Part shown: positions 59,482-64,000 of the stretch, in pieces | How positions within the stretch are numbered: position 1 is the first letter of the stretch | Layout: each line of letters opens with the position of its first letter | Origin: a virus | DNA length: 64,000 nucleotides | IMG/VR virus record: IMGVR_UViG_3300035670_000038 | Coordinates: 1-64,000 of that record | Reading direction: 5' to 3' (one strand) | The notes under the pieces: model-generated | Told to the model about the DNA's origin: nothing | The model's input: only the letters and a program-made list of their open reading frames with translations | Databases searched by the model: none | Translations under genes and position numbers: made by a program

Positions 59482-60711
59482 ATGAGTGTTAATATTTTTA
59501 CACGTGATGTAGATTTATCAAAATATTTTGTTGTCAAGTATTTCTTAGTCGGTAAGACATCACTACGTGATGCTGCATGGAACTTGGCAATTGGACAAAG
59601 TATCGGCAATCCCAACAACAGAAGTGTGTGGGAAACCGACCAGATGTTTCTTGACCACAGTTGTTTCATTCTTGCAGACGAAGGGGAACTAAAATCAAAG
59701 ACTTCTGGTGAAGTTGAGATTGCTTTCCCACTCGCAAACATCAATCTTGAAGAAGATGGTGTGTCTCAAATTCTTTGCCATATCGCCGGTGGTCAAGTAG
59801 ATATTCTCGAAATTGAACAGTGCCACGTATTAGACATCACATTACCAGAAGAAATTGACCAGATGTTTACCCTCAAACCTGCGTATGGTATCACAGGTTT
59901 CCGTGAATTCAATTGGGTAGAAAATAAACCATTCTTCGGTGGTATCATCAAACCCAAGGTTGGTATGAGTCCAAAGGTATTGTTGGAAGCTGTGAAGGAA
60001 ATGGTTGACGGTGGTGTGAACTTTATCAAGGAAGATGAGTTACTTGGTGACCCATCACACTGTTCACTAAAAGAACGAGTTCCACTCATCTCTAACTGGT
60101 TAAGAAAGAATTGTCCAGAGGTAATGTATACCTTCTGTATCAATGGTGATAGTCCTTACGCACTCCAACGAGCACAGTTCGTAGAGGATGAAGGTGGACT
60201 TGGTGTTCACATCAACGTGTGGAGTGGGTTGGGTGTCTATCGTGCAATTCGTAAGCAGAATCCTAGACTCTGGATTCATTTCCAGAAGTCGGGTGATAAG
60301 TTCTTTACTGACAGACGAGCACCAAATCATATCTATTGGCCTGTTATCTGTAAGATTGCAGGATGGTCTGGTGCAGACTCTATTCACGCAGGTATGATTG
60401 GTGGATATATGAACCAAGACGATACTGAATTGAAGGACGCACTAAAGGTATTGTGGAAGTATAATGTTATCCCAGCACTCAGTTGTGGAATGCATCCTGG
60501 ATTAGTTCAACACATCAACACTTTACTTGGTAGTAATGATTGGATGGCAAACGTTGGTGGGGCGATGCACGGACACCCGATGGGAACCAAGGCTGGTGGA
60601 TTGGCAATGCGCCAAGCTATTAGTGGATTCCACGGACCAGAGTATGAAGCTGCAATCAAGAAATGGGGATTCAAAGAAGTAAACCCTGATTTACAATATA
60701 GAATTTTTTAA
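59482..60711 (+). CDS. RuBisCO-like protein (large-subunit fold, probably non-carboxylating)
   Basis: GGIIKPKVG, GGVNFIKEDE, GADSIHAG, PALSCGMH, VGGAMHGHP..G..AMRQA. Confidence 0.9.
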   Translation: MSVNIFTRDVDLSKYFVVKYFLVGKTSLRDAAWNLAIGQSIGNPNNRSVWETDQMFLDHSCFILADEGELKSKTSGEVEIAFPLANINLEEDGVSQILCHIAGGQVDILEIEQCHVLDITLPEEIDQMFTLKPAYGITGFREFNWVENKPFFGGIIKPKVGMSPKVLLEAVKEMVDGGVNFIKEDELLGDPSHCSLKERVPLISNWLRKNCPEVMYTFCINGDSPYALQRAQFVEDEGGLGVHINVWSGLGVYRAIRKQNPRLWIHFQKSGDKFFTDRRAPNHIYWPVICKIAGWSGADSIHAGMIGGYMNQDDTELKDALKVLWKYNVIPALSCGMHPGLVQHINTLLGSNDWMANVGGAMHGHPMGTKAGGLAMRQAISGFHGPEYEAAIKKWGFKEVNPDLQYRIF

Positions 60712-60723
60712 TAGGAATATACA

Positions 60724-61380
60724 ATGGTCACCCAAGACATCCTTAATGCAATATCAAGAACCCCAACAGACATCTACGGATTGAAATGGGCACCTTCGGT
60801 AGAACCTACTATTGGTAATGATGTGGATTGGATTAATCCAACTCGTGGAAATTGGTCAATTCATTGGAGTGCAGCTAATGATATAGCACTTCGTGAAGCA
60901 TGGTCACGATGTGAGAGTTCTCCAAAACTTATTGTTGAAATCGGTGTACACCGCCCGGAAAGAAATGACGAAGGACGTTCTTCCACAAGTACGTTACTCA
61001 GTTTAAAGGATGACGATTGTATGTACATTGGTATAGATTTAGCAGACAGAACATTCTTAAACGATATGGGTAAGAATATATTTACCATCCAAGGTGATTC
61101 ATCAAACAAGAATGAAGTGTATAAATTGATGGAATGGTATGGTAAAGAAACTATTGATTTTATGTTTGTAGATGGATGGCATTCGATTAATCAATGCTTA
61201 CGAGATTGGCAATATTGGGAAAGAATTTCAAACACAGGTGTTATGGCGTTCCACGATACAAATTATCATCCAGGACCAGTTGCACTTCTTGACGCTGTAG
61301 ACGAATCGATATTTGATATACAGATATTTAATCGTGATGAAGATGACGCCGGTGTTGCATACGTAAAACGTAGAGGTTAA
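60724..61380 (+). CDS. Class I SAM-dependent methyltransferase (Methyltransf_24-like)
   Basis: VEIGV, GDS, FVDGWHS, FHD. Confidence 0.8.
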   Translation: MVTQDILNAISRTPTDIYGLKWAPSVEPTIGNDVDWINPTRGNWSIHWSAANDIALREAWSRCESSPKLIVEIGVHRPERNDEGRSSTSTLLSLKDDDCMYIGIDLADRTFLNDMGKNIFTIQGDSSNKNEVYKLMEWYGKETIDFMFVDGWHSINQCLRDWQYWERISNTGVMAFHDTNYHPGPVALLDAVDESIFDIQIFNRDEDDAGVAYVKRRG

Positions 61381-61381
61381 T

Positions 61382-62293
61382 ATGGCAAAGGGTTTGATTT
61401 CAATATTTACATTACCGCACGAGATTGATAATCTTCAAACAACGTTATACAATCTTCGTAGAAACTATGCGGTGATGTCTGGGCACGAATTCGGATTTGA
61501 CATAACTCTGTGTTTAAGTGATGAACTTACAGATTGGAATACTTCACAATTATCTAGAGAATACTTTGCAAGTAAGTATCGGCAAATTGTAGATAGTTTG
61601 TGTGATTGGGCAACGTTAGAAAGTATCAAGATTGAATATGGAAACACTATTCTTGGATGTGTGTCGCAACGTAGACACTCATTAAAATTCTTGAATAAAT
61701 ATGATTTCACGATGTGGTTAGACAATGATATGTTTTTCAATGATTATCTGTTGGCATATGTTGGTACATCGGTAAATATGTTATTAGAACAAGGTATAGA
61801 ACACTATGTTCTCACACCACAGATTACACGGCAGTGGGATGAAACGTGGGATGTCATTGTCAACAAAGATTTGTTAGATAGACCACTCAATGACAATTTA
61901 ACCGCCGATGTATTTGACTTGGGTTTAACACCGAGTGGTAATGTTGGATTACGACCAATAGAAACCTTTAAAGCTGCGGGTGGATGGTGTACAACAATTA
62001 GTAATGATTTGTTAGAACTTACTGGTATTCCAGATTCATTCGGTCATTACGGATTGGAAGATACATATGTCTTAGTGTGTGCAGATTTACTTCGTAGAAT
62101 GAATCGTAAAGAAAAACCACAACAGTTTGTAATTGACAATTTGATTGTTGGTGAAAACCACAGATATCAAACTAGTGATTACTTGAAGAATCATCTTGTA
62201 TCTTTCGATAGAAAAGATGAGTTTAGACAAATAGCAACAAACAACTTTAATAGTGAGATTGAAAAGTTTATCCAACGGATGCTTCAACAATGA
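61382..62293 (+). CDS. Putative GT-A glycosyltransferase
   Basis: WLDND, GGW, YGLED. Confidence 0.6.
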   Translation: MAKGLISIFTLPHEIDNLQTTLYNLRRNYAVMSGHEFGFDITLCLSDELTDWNTSQLSREYFASKYRQIVDSLCDWATLESIKIEYGNTILGCVSQRRHSLKFLNKYDFTMWLDNDMFFNDYLLAYVGTSVNMLLEQGIEHYVLTPQITRQWDETWDVIVNKDLLDRPLNDNLTADVFDLGLTPSGNVGLRPIETFKAAGGWCTTISNDLLELTGIPDSFGHYGLEDTYVLVCADLLRRMNRKEKPQQFVIDNLIVGENHRYQTSDYLKNHLVSFDRKDEFRQIATNNFNSEIEKFIQRMLQQ

Positions 62294-63048
62294 AAATCTT
62301 TTACAGAATATCAGAATCTACTAATTCACAACACGCAGCTGCAAGAACGTGGCAAGTGAAACTTCCAAATGCAACAAAAAAGAATTGCTTACTCAATACG
62401 ATGGAATGTTTTCCAACCGCAGAGATAAAAGTGTTTGTAGACTCAATTACCGATGAAACGTGGAATTGGTTACACACTCTCCCACGAATCACTATCCAGA
62501 AGATTAATGAAGGTTCTGATGCAAAGTCTATGCGGGTGTTATTGAAGGAAGCAGTATTATTAGAAGATGATAATCAAATCGTATTGTTCCAAGAAGATGA
62601 TTATCTATATCTACCTGGGTCAGAGAAGAAGATAATAGAAGCATTAAACTATTCTCACTACGCTACTGGATATTTACATCCCGACAAGTTTTGGCATCCA
62701 AGTCGTGGTGGTAATCCATTCACTCCGATGGATAATGTGTCCGAAGCAACACAAGTCATAAAAACTTCTGACCATTTCTGGATGGTTACAAACTCCACAA
62801 CAAACACATTCGCAACCACGGTTGGTGTATTAAAGGAAGATATTGATGTGTGGATGTGGGGAACAGAAGATTTAATTAATACAAAAGACTTCGCAATCTT
62901 TCTTAAACTTCGTGAGAAGGGTCGAGCATTGGTGCAACCACTACCATCATTAGCAACACATTGTCTCAAAGGATACGAAGCACCTACTGTTGGATTAGAT
63001 ATTGATTCTTGGGAAAGCATACAACCCTTGACACCAACCACAGAGTAG
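62290..63048 (+). CDS. Putative GT-A glycosyltransferase
   Basis: FQEDDYL, HPDK, STTNTF, ATH. Confidence 0.6.
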   Translation: MKIFYRISESTNSQHAAARTWQVKLPNATKKNCLLNTMECFPTAEIKVFVDSITDETWNWLHTLPRITIQKINEGSDAKSMRVLLKEAVLLEDDNQIVLFQEDDYLYLPGSEKKIIEALNYSHYATGYLHPDKFWHPSRGGNPFTPMDNVSEATQVIKTSDHFWMVTNSTTNTFATTVGVLKEDIDVWMWGTEDLINTKDFAIFLKLREKGRALVQPLPSLATHCLKGYEAPTVGLDIDSWESIQPLTPTTE

Positions 63049-63056
63049 TTTATATT
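63028..63056 (+). promoter_or_regulatory. sigma70-type promoter overlapping the TATTTATA motif
   Basis: TTGACA-17 nt-TATATT. Confidence 0.7.
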
Positions 63057-63089
63057 TATATCTTAGAACCCTTAACATAATATATTATA

Positions 63090-64000
63090 ATGATTAATAA
63101 AGTATTAATTACGGGCGTAGGTGGACTATTGGGTTCACGACTCGCAGATTGGATTTTAGCAAATAAACCAGGTGTAGAAGTTATTGGTATTGACGATTTT
63201 AGTGGTGGATATAGAGAGAACGTTGACCCACGGGTAAAATTGTACGTAATGGATTTGGGTAAGCAATCCGCAGAACGTATCTTCGACGAACACAGACCCG
63301 ACCTCGTGTATCACTTCGCAGCATATGCCGCAGAAGCATTGTCTCCATTCATTCGACAATATAACTATGTAAACAATCTTCTTGCAACTGCAGGGATTGT
63401 TAATAACTGCATCAAGTATGACGTAAAGCGTATTGTCTTTACTTCATCTATGGGTGTGTATGGCTTCGGTGCAAACCAACCTCCGTTCCACGAAGATATG
63501 GCACGAGCACCAATCGATCCATATGGTATTGCAAAGGCAGCGTGTGAACAAGATATCGAAGTGGCTGGAGTCCAACACGGATTAGATTGGTGTATCATCC
63601 GTCCACACAACGTGTTCGGTGCAAAGCAAAACATTTGGGACAGTTACAGAAACGTTCTTGGTATCTGGATGTACAAGCATCTTACTGGTCAACCGTTAAC
63701 TATCTTTGGTGATGGAGAACAAAAACGTGCATTCAGTTGTATTGATGACTCATTAGAACCACTCTGGAATGCTGGAACCTATGAGAAGGCATCCAAGCAG
63801 ATTATCAACCTTGGTGGTATTCACGAATATAGTATCAACATAGCAGCACAGACATTGATTGGGGTTATGGGTGGTGGTCGAGTCAAGTATCTCCCACCCC
63901 GTCACGAAGTCAAGTACGCATATCCAACGTGGCAGAAGTCGGTTGATATTCTTGGGTTCCAACACAAGACCGATTTGTATGAAGGATTACAGAAGATGTG
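63090..64000 (+). CDS. NAD-dependent epimerase/dehydratase (SDR), 3'-truncated by window edge
   Basis: Not in track; VLITGVGGLLG, FTSSM, PYGIAK (YxxxK), GDGEQKRAF. Confidence 0.9.
   Translation, partial: MINKVLITGVGGLLGSRLADWILANKPGVEVIGIDDFSGGYRENVDPRVKLYVMDLGKQSAERIFDEHRPDLVYHFAAYAAEALSPFIRQYNYVNNLLATAGIVNNCIKYDVKRIVFTSSMGVYGFGANQPPFHEDMARAPIDPYGIAKAACEQDIEVAGVQHGLDWCIIRPHNVFGAKQNIWDSYRNVLGIWMYKHLTGQPLTIFGDGEQKRAFSCIDDSLEPLWNAGTYEKASKQIINLGGIHEYSINIAAQTLIGVMGGGRVKYLPPRHEVKYAYPTWQKSVDILGFQHKTDLYEGLQKM

Noticed and set aside
59482-60711. Calling this a CO2-fixing RuBisCO (rbcL)
   Set aside because: E60, N123, H294 and K334 equivalents appear substituted; no phosphoribulokinase or small subunit nearby
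1-64000. Stop-codon reassignment, introns or inteins
   Set aside because: Core genes (PolB, NrdJ, DnaB, RecA) are intact at normal length in code 11, and TAG and TGA both end genes at sensible boundaries

Overview
A 64-kb segment of a large tailed dsDNA phage (myovirus-type, T4-like replisome). All credible genes are on the + strand, in genetic code 11, with Shine-Dalgarno sites and sigma70-type promoters. Order: SNF2-type helicase; tail/baseplate module (hub chaperone with a probable programmed frameshift, tape measure, tube initiator, LysM wedge, hub split around an amidase); replication/recombination core (divergent PolA-like protein, gp32-like SSB, RecA/UvsX, 5'-3' exonuclease, DnaB, class II RNR, PolB, ATP-dependent ligase, sliding clamp, clamp loader); interspersed auxiliary genes (IscA, 2OG/JmjC/HExxH oxygenases, APS-kinase-like trio, ClpP, SpoU methylase, two Mom-like and one DruA-like protein); and a roughly 18-kb glycan-biosynthesis island that runs off the right end. 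Most notable: (1) a RuBisCO-like protein lacking key carboxylation residues, in an operon with RibB, a transaldolase-like enzyme, a kinase, a HAD phosphatase, a cupin and two nucleotidyltransferases, suggesting an undescribed ketose-phosphate-to-NDP-sugar pathway; (2) a 119-nt tRNA-like structured RNA just upstream of a Mom-like gene; (3) a DruA-like protein inside the clamp operon that shares a peptide motif with the PolB C-terminus. All family assignments are from motif recognition by eye; no database searches were run.
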